From the NCBI GenBank assembly GCA_016748015.1, contig JAAOMT010000703.1:1052255-1116254 (forward strand): a DNA stretch of 64,000 bases, in the 5' to 3' direction. The position numbers were made by a program, and so were the translations under genes. The stretch comes from Geosiphon pyriformis uo1. Taxonomy: Eukaryota; Fungi; Glomeromycota. The notes under the pieces were generated by a model. The model saw nothing but the letters and a program-made list of their open reading frames with translations. It had not been told where the DNA came from and ran no database searches. Positions 1 to 12,673 of the stretch are shown piece after piece; the first letter of the stretch is position 1; every line of letters begins with the position of its first letter.

Positions 1-2088
1 TGTCATAATGCGATTAGTATGACCTTTGTAAATACCACTGAAAAAACAAATGAACTTGCTATATATCTTAATCCTAACTAAACTCTTTTTAAGATGCTCC
101 CAGCCAACCAAATCATATGCCTTCCTCATATTCTGTAAAATCATCCAAAATTTCTAATTCTTTTCCAAAGCATTCTTAATAACCAAGCCAATAGCAAAAA
201 TGGAAGACTGAGATGTTGTACCTTTTAGAACCAAAAAATTGTTTCCATGAAGAATGTCAAAAGTGTTGCATGCCAAAGAAATCTTATCAAAGAAAATTTT
301 GGAGAGAATTTTATGAGCTGTCTCAATTAAAGCAATAGGTTAAGTATTCATAAGAACATCTTCCCAATCATATGGTTTGGAAATCATCAAGATCCAAGCT
401 TCCTTCCAAGAATCAGACACAGATTCACCAGACAAACAAGAGTTCAAAAGCACCAAAAGCATATTCAGAACTGCTCTATTACAATGTTTTCAAAGCTCAT
501 TTGATATACCTGAAAGACCAGCAGCTTTGCCATTAAGCAGAGAAGAAATCATCCCAAACAATTCATTAAACTTAATTGAACACATAAGATCAGAAAAGGC
601 TTCATCAAAAACATATTTCAAAGATTGATATTGATAACACCGATCATCAGAAACATCATCAACCATGCAATACTTTCTAGTCCAACCCTCCATGATACCG
701 TCCACCTTAAATTTAACCAAATCGGGTTTCAGAATAAGTTCATTATCAACAACCAGATGATCGAGAACCATTTTGTGAAATGGGCACTCCAGCACACTCC
801 TAATTGTATGACTCTTATTCACTTCAAAGCTCTTCATTCTCTTATCTATAGCAGCTTTGATGGTTGCCTCCTTAGCCCTCAAAGATTCAGTAAGTTTGAA
901 TATGCAATAAGTCTTTCTAGCACCACAAAGAGCAGAACAAATGTGACCAGAGCCTGCACCAGAATTCACAATATTTTGAATGACTGAAGCCTTAACATTG
1001 TCCAAAAAAACCCAGCATTTCATAAGAGAATCAAAATTCACAACATTCTCCTCATGCAAAGCCTTAACAATTTTAGAAACCAAAAATTCCAATTTGTAAT
1101 ACCTTGAAGATTCCCTAGTAAAGACATCATCAAAGCCCTTAAACCACCTCTTCTTGAACACCTTATTAGCCAAGAGAACTATTATCTTGCAAACAACATC
1201 CTACATCACATTCAGATCCAAAAACTTCACAGCTGTGGCAAATTCATCTGAGAACATTAATGCATTGGCCAATATAGCATTACCAAAATCTTTCCATTTA
1301 GTTTCATCAGCACCCTTGAAATTAAACTTCCAACAATCTCTATTTGCTTGCTTACAAAGAGAGTTTAGCCATGTATCTAAAAGTCCATCCAAACCCACAG
1401 ACATAGATATAGCCTGATGATCAGTATCAAAAAATTCCCCAATGTCAAACACATTTTGACCTGTCATAGTATTGACCAAGTTTGAAGAGATAAACAAAAA
1501 ATTGATTGTTTTAGCCACACCACAAGAGTTAGCCCATGTTGGCATTTTTTCATAAGAACATCTACTTAAGAAATTAACCAAACCAAGATCCAGACACTTT
1601 TTGAAACTGGCACACTTATGAGAGCCATCTTTATTAAAGTCACCACCTAGAATTACAAAAGAGAACTTATTTACAGCTTTAGCAATTATAAAATTAATAT
1701 CACCAGCTTGAGAGAACTGAGCCACCAAAGAAGCACCAGCATAGAGCCCCAGAATTGAAACAAAAAGTTTATTTTTGAAGAGTAACTTAAGAGAGATGAG
1801 CCAACCAAGAACCTTGGAAACTTTACACATATGTTTTGCCAAAGAAACATTTATGATAATCACAACACCAGAATCCAAATAGCCAGAGTCCAAACCAAAA
1901 GTGAAAATCCAAATATCATCAAACTTATTTATGATCCATGGGCAAATTTTACTCTTTAACTTAGTCTCAATAACAACAGTAATCAAATTGTTTTGTTCCT
2001 TATGCCAACAAATTATATCATCCTGTTTCGCAGGATTGTTCATGTCCCTAATATTGTACGTAGCAACCTTCCAAACTGACACATTCAT
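1..2088 (-). pseudogene. LINE ORF2 (APE endonuclease + start of reverse transcriptase), degenerate
   Basis: ORFs 1201-2127 and 490-1173 carry APE and RT motifs; stops arise from TGG>TAG/TGA-type changes. Confidence 0.88.
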
Positions 2089-4031
2089 TGAGAAGTAAAG
2101 GAAGCCAATGTACCCAAATCTGAACATAAACAGTCCAATTTATCCAAAATAAACTCAACCAAAACTTCTAAAGCCATCATTTTGGATTTCAAACCACTGA
2201 CCTTGGTGGTCAAAACCTTAGAATTGCTCAAACTCAAGCCAGTAATTGTATCATTAATGACCTGAGAAGGAGGGGCAGAAATCACTGAAGCACCATTCAA
2301 AACTATATTCATATCCAAACTAGAGACCACAGACACAGGAACCACTGGAGGAAAAACAACAGATGTGACTATTGGGTGCACCAATTCTATGGAACCCAAT
2401 TTCTTCAAAATACCAGAGATTTGGTTAGCCAAAAGTTCAAAAGAGCATTCCAAAGATGCTAGATGACTATACAAGTCATGGTTACTAGGGGAAGCAGAAG
2501 CAAATATAGATGTCCCAGCAGCAAGAGATGGACTAGCACTAAAAAAAACTGAGGGAGCCACATGAAAAGAGAAACCACCAGCTACTTGAGCCCAAGTTTT
2601 GCCACCAAAAAAAACTGAACAGGCAATAGGAGCCTGTTTCTTCTTATAAATACCAGCCAAGCAGACCCAATTATGATTAGTTATCACCTGCTTCTCATAA
2701 ATACTAGAATTTCTACCAACTGAACACACATCAGAGATATGACCAAATTGTTTACATTTGGTGCAACAAGCCAGAGAAAGACCAACTCATTGCAAATTCA
2801 CACCCTTAAAAACCAGAACAGAACCAATAGCAGCCAACTTGGATGCTTCATCAGCAAAACAAACCACAGCACATTTGTCATGTACATAAGAATTGGGATT
2901 ACAGCCAATAAAACAGGTTTTTCTATTATATTAATCCAATAAACTAGACAAATCATGAGCAGTGGTGCCAACTGACAAAGTATAGAGTAAAGCTTTATGT
3001 CAATCTCTTGAAACTCATGATTGTTTATTATCAATAGCTTTTGCCATCTGAACAAAATCTTTTCTCATGGAGACAGACCAATTAGCTGTAACCAAGTCAG
3101 CAATTTCAGATGATTTATATTCAACCAAAGCTTTTTGTCACAGGCCAATCAATTGCATTTTGATTAACACAATCTTTCCAAACTTAAAAAACACAGATTC
3201 CACAGCCAATTTGGGAAGATTAACTGGAATTTTCTTAATGATCACTCTCCAATCTGAACGACTGTTTACTTTTCTTATCTTATTATTAACCAGAATTTTC
3301 TCACTAACAGCCAATTCTTTTGTCTTATTTAAACTAGATTCCGAAATAAAAGATAACTTAATAATATCTGGAAATTTTGAGGGAGTAGAGGCTCTCCCAA
3401 AACCATCCATATAATAAAAAATTTTTTTCACACAAATCAACTTATCACTAATTGTCTTACCAGGCACAGTCAAAAGTTCAATGTCAAGTACAAAAAATTT
3501 CAATGAATTAAAGCTCTGTTTCTTTAGGACACATGATTTGAGTGGTGGCAGCTTATTAGATCTCAAAACCACACAAGAAAGAAGTACTTGTTCACTATCA
3601 TTGTCACTCATACAGTTGAACAAGAGCTGCTTTGGCAGGTTTCCCAACACATATGTACAGATGCAAGTTTTTTTTAGTGTAATTTTATCCATATCATCAT
3701 TCTCACCTAATTTTACATAACTGGTTTCTTTAGCTACCATGTTTGCCATATTTTTGACATCTGAAAGTTTGTTTACACTGCCAGTGACACTGCCAATTTC
3801 ACTGCCCCAAGACACCACAGACTTGACACCAACACCACCAATATCTCTCAAGCTCAGAGGGCCTGCAAACGAGTCAACCATATTGCTAGCTATGGTTTTC
3901 TTTGTTTTCTTGTATGATGCATTACAAGAGTAGACAGTATCTAAGTGATTCTTTTTAGCATTTAGACAGATCTCCAAACCAGCTAAAACCGAGCCAGAAC
4001 CACCAGCAGACAAGTCTACTGGTTCCATCAC
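2085..4031 (-). pseudogene. LINE ORF1 (nucleic-acid-binding protein, CCHC knuckle), broken by premature stops
   Basis: ORF pieces 3138-4031 and 2085-2729 are in one frame and homologous to the other ORF1 copies in the window. Confidence 0.85.
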
Positions 4032-4569
4032 AACAAAAGAGGTTGTGTTAGAAGAAATGACTTGAATGTACTAAGAGAAAAAGAATAAAGTAAAGCGATT
4101 TCTCCTATAAATTCTTTCACTTTTATAGTGACCAGGAGATCGATGAGAAAAAGAGTTTTTGTTTATTTAATTTATATACCAAATAAAAATTCATCTGTTT
4201 TTGTATAGTAAATAATAATTAAATCATATTTATTAAATTTTTGAATAATAATAATAAAAAGTTTAAAATATTAAATATAGTTTTTATATAATATTATTAT
4301 TAATATAATTTTTTTAAATATATTAATAATAAAATATTTAATAAAAAAATTAATTGTATATTATTATTTTTTTATTAGAAGTTTTACGAGTGCAGTTTAA
4401 TTAATTGTATAAATTATTTAATTAATTGCTTTTTTAATAAATTGTAAATATATTTTAATAAATACTTATTTTATTATTTAATTAAAATAACAAAAAAAAA
4501 TTTAAAATTTTTGTTAATAAATTTATGTTTTATAAAAATATAATTTTTTGTTTTAAAAAACATTTTAAA

Positions 4570-7169
4570 AAACTTCTTTTTCTTATATATTCATAATTTC
4601 CCAAAAAGTTCAATTTTGAAAAAGAAGTTTTTTTTGTTTTTTTTTTATCTAATAACTCTTTTATTATGGATTTGGAAGCTGTCTTAGATAGTAATATGTC
4701 TAAAAAAAAGCATCTAAGGGTGCTTTTTATGGTCCTGCTGGTGGTTTTTTTTCTCAAAAAAAAAGAATTATTCTTGAGAATATTAAACACTCTAGTAATA
4801 AAAAAGATATTTCTCTTATTAGGTTTGAGTCTGATAACAATATGTATTTTAATGTAAACAGTATGTTTAGTAACAATGAAAATGGTAGCATAAATAGTAT
4901 TAATAATAAATTTCTTTTGGGTTTGGCTGCTAATACTCCTAAAACAAAGAGGGTGGTTACTAGTTTGAATTGTGGTTCTCCTCTTGGCTCTCTTAATTTT
5001 GAAATAGATAAAAAAGTTAGATCTTTCTTTTACTCTCTCAATATCTCTTTTGACAAAAAGTGGATTGACCTTAAAATCGTAAAAACTCAGATTAATGTAA
5101 CAGTCAAGAAGTCTTTTGCTTTGAACATTAATCTTTTGGCAATGGATGGGAAATCAATTATGGCAAAAACTCAAATAATTAGGAAAATTTTTTCATCTAT
5201 TAATAGTTTTGAAGGGACCACTATTTTCTCAAAATTTGAAGAAATTATTAAATTAATATTTACTTTAGAAAAAAGCATGAATAAAACCGTGTTATTGGCT
5301 GAAGATATAGATATCAAAGTAAATAGCAATTTCAAAAGACAAAAAATCAGGTTAGATTAAGCTGTGATTATCAAAGAAATTCTCATAAATACACCAAAAA
5401 AAATGATTATTACTGTAGTAACTAAGTTTGGAGAAATTAAGTTGATCTGTTAACAATTAATTAGACTGTAATAAAAGACTATAATAAAATTTGCTGAATC
5501 AAGTTAAGCTAATCTATTGGTTACAAGATAATTATTTTTAATTAGAAAGAATTTTGTGTATATAGCTAAAACCATAGGAGATTGTAATATTTGGGCATTA
5601 AAAAATTGGTTTAGAGTGTTTTTGTTTACTTTGTCTGTAGAAACTACTGTACATAATCTTAAAACTCTTTTAAATAGAGCTAGTGAAAAAACTTGTATTA
5701 TTAATTGTTTATTTAACATAAATAATAGAATGTGCTGTATTGTGGTTGGTTTTAAGTCAGAAGATGATTTAAAGTTAGCCTTTTATACTAAGTCTATTTT
5801 GGATAGTATCAAGTTTTCTTGGATTAGATTTGATTTGGTTTGTTGTAATAAGTGTGAGTGTTTTGGACATTTGTTCTTAGAGTGTGATTTCTCGATTTCT
5901 GTTGTCTTAATTCAGAAAATGTTTTATAAAAAGTATGTTCTAGATCAGAATTGTCTCCAGTTTGCTTATTTTTATGTAAAAAAAATGTGTCTATATTTCA
6001 GCCTGCTGCTTTTGGTAATAAATTCTGAATGTAAATTGTTTTCTTGGCATCTCTTTCACATCTTCTTTGTCTGTTGATTCTTCTTTAAATAGTGTTTTTT
6101 TTGCTTTTTATGAAGTGTCTTATATAAATAATTGGTTGTTTTCTTTGAAACATTTTTTGGAATTGTTGGCTGATCAGATATTAATAATTGTACACAAACT
6201 AAGTAATTTAGATTTGATGTTTCCAGTTTTTATTTTTTTTTCACCCATCTTGAATTTGAATCTGGTTTTGGATATGGTTTTAAATATCTCTTTAACAGCT
6301 TCTGTTTTCTTACACTTGGATATAATTTTGAATGCTTTACAAGATTTCTTTCTTTTTGTTCTATTAAAATTGGTAAAGTTTTCAGATTTGAGTTTAAGCA
6401 GCTTTAAAGTTTTGATCACCAAAGTTAATGGTTTGAAGTCTATGATGATTGCTCTTAAAGTGTTTATCAGTTTAGTATTGGTAAGATTAGATCAGTTGTG
6501 TGCTGGCTCAGTTTTTTTGGTAAACTCTTTTTTCCAATAAATGGGTTTGTGTGAAAATTTGCTATATGTAATATTAGAGATATTAATGTCTCTGCCAAAT
6601 AGAAAGATGTTATTCATTGGCATATAAATTCTGAAAATATGGTTTCAATTATAACAAAAACAAAGTTAAGATCTAATATTAGGTCATGGATTATTAATAA
6701 GTTTAATGATATGCAAATTTTCACATTTGGCTTGGACAAGGGTTTTTTTGGTGCTGGGATGGCCATTATTATGAATAGTTCTTTGGCTTAACATGTTTTT
6801 AAAGTTGAAGAAATTTTTGGTTATGTTATCTCAGTGCAATTTTTTTAAAGACAAGCTTTTGGTTACAGTTTTGGGTTTGTATGCTAGTACTTTTGCTAAA
6901 ACTAAATTTGGTCAAGCTTTGGATGTCAACTCTTTTATTGTAAAAACTATCAATTCCAGTACTTTTGTGGTTTTAGATAGAGACTTTAATGAAAATGGAT
7001 TTAAGAAAAGTACAAGTTTTAAATTTTGTGTGAATTTGAATTTAGTTAACTTATTTAATGGACATTCATTGTTTAAAACTTTGACTTAAAGCAATTTGAA
7101 AAATGTTAAAAAGATTATTAATTATATTTTTGTTAATGAAGACTTATTATTAATAATTGCTGGCTACAA
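4570..7169 (+). mobile_element. LINE copy L2, 3'-truncated within the APE domain
   Basis: ORF1 remnants ~4667-6540 (CCNKCECFGHLFLEC knuckle); ORF2 start ATG>ATA at 6537; APE fragment 6793-7089. Confidence 0.88.
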
Positions 7170-7610
7170 GTAAGTTTCTTAATATTTTAGATTGTAATAA
7201 TTTGGTTTTCAATATTTTTTTTTATTTTTTTTTGATTGAAAATTTCTTTAAATATTTATTTTAAAAGTAAAAGCTAAAAAATAATTAAAATAGAAAATTA
7301 AACTTTAACAAAATTAAACTGTTAAATTAATTATTGTTTTTTTTAATATTAAAGTTATTATATATATATATATTTGTAGTTTTATAAAAAAAACATATTA
7401 TAATACTCTTTTTTTAATATTTCAACTTAATGTTTACTGTTATCACCAATTAGTATTTATTACTATTGCAAACTGGTATTTGTTGCTATTACAAAATAAT
7501 ATTTATTACTATATTAATTATTATATTTTTAAAATTATTACTGTGCTATATTATAATTAAATAATTTATATTATTTTATAATTTTTTTGCTAAATTCTTA
7601 AATTATAATA
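7170..7610 (-). repeat. Partial, heavily mutated type-C LTR
   Basis: 7450-7610 aligns with 25899-26058 (…ttgctaaattcttaaaccgtaaca becomes …ttgctaaattcttaaattataata). The TATA region 7355-7375 matches 42410-42425. Confidence 0.7.
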
Positions 7611-9640
7611 TTGTACAAACTTTTTTGTTTTTTAATTTAAACTATTATATATCTAATATTTATCTGTTAAATTAAAGTTAACATAATTAACTTGATTATT
7701 GTAAATATTGTTAAAAAATTTTATGAATCTGTCACATATTTTTATAAATTAAATTATTTATTAAATAATACTAATTTACAAAATTATATGCTTTGTATAT
7801 ATATTGTAAAACCAGTTAAAATTTATGATTTTTTTCTAATATATTTTTTTATTACAAAACCAATTATAAAAATCGAAAACTAAGTTATAATACTTTTTAA
7901 AACAAAGAAATTATTTTTTCAAAAAACATTAAAATAGTTATAAATTAAAGAAATTCTGTTTAAAAGAATCTTAAAAAAAATTATGGGCAATTTTAATTAA
8001 AATAATAGATTAAGTATTGATTAAAATTCTTTTTTATTTATATAGTTTGAAAATTATAAATATTTAAACTTTTTTTTAATACTAAAAAACCAATTTATAT
8101 AATAAACAAAAATTCAAAAGATCCAAAAACATTTTTAAAACCAAATTATTACAATTTTTTTATAGTTTATTAATAATATAAAACAAATTAACAGCTTTTT
8201 ATTAAATAAATTTTTAATTATGCTTAATATTTTATTAAATTTAATAGTATTATAATCTTAAAAAAAACATTATTATTAATATAAGTTAAAAACAAATACT
8301 AACAGCATTATACATTGGAAATAACACTTAAAATTTCTCTTTTTCTTATTTATTTCTTTATAATTTTATTTATTTTTGACTTAATTTTATTAAGATTTAA
8401 AATTAATTTATTACTTATAACTAAATAATTTAAAATTACTTTAAAAAATAGATATTTTAACATATTTCTAATAGTATAATTCTTATTAATTACAAAGTTT
8501 TCTATTTATTTGACAATAACATATCTAATTTTCAATTTTTAATATGCCAAAATTTAACAAGCTTAAAAGCATAATAGAATTTTTTTTATTTAATAAAATA
8601 GATCTGATATTATTAAAATTAATATTTAATTTCAATAAAACTTAAATATATACAGTTCTGTTAATATTAAAAAACAATTAATAATTTATTAAAAAATTAA
8701 GTTTTATATTAATATTTATTTACAAAGTTTTAAAAATTCTAAAAATTTAAATTTTTAAATCATAAAACTTGAATAAAAGCTTAATAAAAACACTATTAAA
8801 CTTTTTATATCATGTTTTAAAAAACACTTTATTGGTCAAAAAACATATAATGTTCTAAACAATATTTTACATAAAATTTAAATCTAAAAACTTTATTAAG
8901 ACACCAAAATTATTAACAAATATAACAATATTACACAGTATAATATTTTTAAATTAAAACTATTTGGAAACATTTGTATTTTTAATATTAAACTTCTTAT
9001 ATTTAACAAATTATTCAAATTAATAAAGACAAAAACAATACAATAATCAATATTAAAATTTTTTTTTATATTTAAAACTTCTTAATTAATTATTGTATTA
9101 ATAAAATTTACAAAAACAAATATATAATTAATAATTTTTTTGGTATTTTAAAGTTTTTTTATATAAAAGTTTTAATAATTAAATTTTTAATTAAAAAATT
9201 TATTAGATTTAAATTAAAATATTTCTTAATACTAATACATTTTTAAAAACTGTTTTTATTAAAATTATTACTTAAAATTATTAATAATAAATTATTTATA
9301 GTATTAAAAATTTAAAAATTAATCTCTTTAACTTAAACTATATGTATTGTTAAAATAATATTAATATATAGTTCTAAAATAATAATTAAAAGTTTATTTT
9401 TGAAAAATAACTTAACTAAAATCAACTAATTAATTACTTTAAAAATTATATATATATACTTAATTAAACTATTATTCAAAACAATTACAATATTAAAATT
9501 CAAGTAATCAAAATTTAAATCAGAAATATAAGCTAAATACTATTAAACTTATTTATAATTTAAAAGCATACTTTATTTTTTAATTTTGTTTTAGTTACTA
9601 TAAAAACCATATTATTTATTTTTTTATATCATCTAATAAT
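7611..9640. other. Extremely AT-rich degenerate repeat relic, origin not recognisable
   Basis: Nearly devoid of G/C, no credible ORF, flanked by TEs. Confidence 0.5.
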
Positions 9641-11740
9641 ATTAACAACAAATGAAAACTCTTTTTCTTGTTGATCTCTTAGTTATAATAAAAGCTTGAA
9701 TATATTGAAAAGATAAATTTTTCTTTCTTTCTATTCCTTATATTTTTGCAGTTATTTCTTTCAACATATTTCTGTTTGTAAGTATAAAACCAGTAGACTT
9801 TTCTGCTAGTGGATTAGCATTTATTTTGGCTGGATTGGAGATCCAGTCTGGTGTCAAAACTAAGTGTTTAGTAAGTGTTTATTTGTGTAATATTTCTTAC
9901 AAAAAACCCAAAAAATCTACTATTGTTAACAATATAATTAAGACATCTGCTGGTTTTCTGATTTTTATGAATATAATTATTGATGGCAAAAAGTTTATGA
10001 GGTTCTGGAACAGTGAAGTAAACAGCAAAACAAGCAGTATTAGTGGTATATCAAATTTAGAAAACATGAAAAATATAGTTATGGAAAAGACCAGCTATAT
10101 AAACTTAAATGCTTTAGAAGTTAATAATATAATGGATAATACTACATCCAGAAAAACATATACCAGAACATATGTTTTAGACAACAAGCCAAAAAAGATT
10201 TCTTTTATTATTTTAAGTGATGATAATAATAATATTTTGATACTTCTAGTTCTTAAATTTTCTGGTGCTAAGTATTTGCTAACTGTTAAGTCATATGTTC
10301 TAAATAGGTGTAATTTCAAGCCAGTTAAATCTTTTGTGCTTGATATTGAATTATTAGCAGTGCTTGAAAAGACTAATAGTAATAAATTAATGATAATAAA
10401 GAAAATTTTTTATTATATTGATGAGTTTAAGAGAGCTTCCATTCCTTCAAAGTTTTCAAGAATTATTTGATCATCTTTTACATCAAAATTTAGTTTTATT
10501 AAGATAAAAAAATTGGCAATTTGTAAAAAATTTTTGGTCAATAATAATATTAAAAAGATAAACAATTATTCAGATTGAGAAATAATTATCAAAAAGATTT
10601 CAGTTGATCTTCCAAAGTCGGCTGTGGAGTCAGTTTTTTTTAAATTTGATAAGATTGTATTAATTAAAATACAACTGATTGGTCTTTGACAAAAGACCCT
10701 AGTAAAATATGAATTATCTGAAATAGCTAATTTGGTTGCAGCTAAATGGTCTGTGCTTATAGAAAAAGATTCTGTTCAGATGGCAAAAGCAATTAATAAT
10801 AAACAAATATGAATATCCAGAAATTAACATCAGACTTTATTGTATACTTTGTTTATTAGTACTACTGCTCATAATCTTACTGATCTATTGGAATATTATG
10901 ATGAAAAAATCTGCTTTATTGGTCATAATCTGAGTTCATATATACATAATAGGTGTGTAATAATTTGTTTTTTTGATAAAACATCCAAATTAGCTGCTAT
11001 TGTTTCTGTTCCAGTCTTTAAGGGTGTAAATTTGTATTGAATTAGTCTTTTTTTGGCTTGCTGTGCTCAATACAAACAATTTGGTCATGTTTTTAGTGTT
11101 TGTTCTATAAGTAAGAATTTTGGTGTTTGTAATAAATATGTAATAACTTCTCAAGATTAAACTTATTTGGTTAGCATATATAAAAAAAAGCAAGTGCCAA
11201 TTGTTTATTCAGTGTCTTTTGGTGATAAAACTTGAACCCAAGTTGCTAGTAGTTCCACTTTTTATGTGGTGTCTTTGGTTTCTCTTGGTATTGATTTGTC
11301 TTTGAATATTAAACCTCTTCTGCTGGTTTTTGTAAAAATGAATAATAAGTTTGCTACTCTTAAGCACAGTCTTGCCAGCTTCACAAAGAAAGTGAACAAG
11401 CTGGCTAAAAGGTTAGATACACTTAAACCAATAAGTTTTCAGTTTAGCTCTAAATGTCAGTCATTAGTAACTCTTTTATTACAAAATTAAGGGGCAGATA
11501 CAGTAATAAGTAAAGGTTTGAGTATAGTTATTAGTAATAAAATTGTTACAAAAGCAGTGGGTTTTGATTTTTTGGCTGTTTTAAGACTTAAAATAACTTT
11601 AAACAATTTATTGAACACGATTATGAATCTAATGGCCAAATTAAACAATGCTGGTTTGGGTGTAAATACTTTCTCTTTTCAATAACAGATCTTGTTTAAA
11701 AAATAACTACATGTAATATACAAGATATCAATGTTTCCAC

Positions 11741-12611
11741 TATTATTCATAGAAATATAGGAAATATATTAGCATAATTAGTAGCCAATCAGAAGTAGGC
11801 ATAGTAAATGTGGAATTCTAGGATTCCTCTTATGAATTGCAGGATTTCAGGAATTTCAGAATTCCCCAATAAGGAATCGCAGGATTCCAGAATTCCAGGA
11901 TTCCTCTCAAAGGAATCGCAGGATTCCAGGAATTCCAGGATTCTTGTTATGAAGAATCAAGAAATTGAGGAATCTTAATTATGTATATATAGTAGCAAGA
12001 TTAAAAGCTGAAAAGACAGACCTCTCAGTGTAGATTTAATCTAAGCAACCTTTCACTTCTCAATTATCAAATAAATAATTATTTTATATCTTAATCCACT
12101 CTTCACTATCAACACTTCATGTTGATAATAATTGATACTTAACCATGCTAGAACAATAGCTCTTGATCATGGCTATTGACAAAATATTAACTTACCCAAT
12201 TGCCTTGGCTTATCTTTATCATCATTATTTTCTTTATTGTATTTCTTTTTTTCTTTGATTCTGTTGTGTCTACTAATTGATTGAGAATTAAAAGTGCTGA
12301 GTTATTGATGTCACGGATAGCCTGATAAAAGACCCAGAAATAAGAGTAGATTTATATATATTATCAGTTAGCTTACCAGAAGGGCATGACTGCCAGAATA
12401 AATCCGGCCACCAAGCTGAAAAAGAAATTGGGAAACAACTGACAACTACCAACAAATTGCCGCACTATCGAATCTCTGTCCATTATACAAAGAACTCCAT
12501 TAAAACTTTCAGATACAACACATTCAGAATATCATCAATGGAAATAGCTTTTGAACACCAAGTTACGGGTTTGTTATTTAACTTGAGACTCCAAATAATT
12601 CAACTATAACA
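11741..12611 (+). repeat. 5' LTR (type A, 871 bp)
   Basis: TATTATTCAT (from TGTTACTCAT)...TATAACA; direct repeat of 21014-21867; CCAAT at ~11785, GGAATTCC/GGATTCC repeats, TATA at ~11984. Confidence 0.95.
12315..12383 (+). ncRNA. Putative conserved cis-acting RNA structure in the LTR leader (one of 10 copies; see findings)
   Basis: GGATAGC-CTG(G)TAA-AAG-ACCC..G(G)GT-AGA..TAGC-TTACCAG, with compensatory changes in LTR types C and D. Confidence 0.6.
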
Positions 12612-12613
12612 TT

Positions 12614-12630
12614 TGGTGCTCCCTGTGAGG
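12614..12630 (+). promoter_or_regulatory. Primer-binding site TGGTGCTCCCTGTGAGG
   Basis: Starts 2 nt after the LTR end and is complementary to a tRNA 3' end ...CCTCACAGGGAGCA-CCA. This resembles tRNA-Ile(UAU) or elongator tRNA-Met; it cannot be resolved here. A degenerate copy is at 61564-61580. Confidence 0.85.
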
Positions 12631-12673
12631 TATAATCCTACAGAGAACCAGCACCAATAACACCAAACCAAAA

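Larger units (their letters stand above)
1..4160 (-). mobile_element. LINE (non-LTR retrotransposon) copy L1, 5' part; runs off the left window edge within RT
   Basis: ORF1 remnants 4031-2085 with a CCHC knuckle (CCTKCKQFGHISDVC near 2720-2770). ORF2 starts at 2088 with APE endonuclease motifs (WKVATYNIR, ETKL, GGDFN, TDH), followed by RT N-terminal motifs (KAAGLSGISNE, PIALIE). The 5' UTR is homologous to 9652-9790. Confidence 0.93.

Noticed and set aside
377-3933. Many short plus-strand ORFs (and similar antisense ORFs elsewhere)
   Set aside because: Antisense shadows of LINE/Gypsy coding regions with no recognisable motifs.
12150-12190. CTTGATCATGG resembling part of a TPP riboswitch
   Set aside because: The GCUGAGA and downstream GCG/AGGGA elements are not present in the required order.
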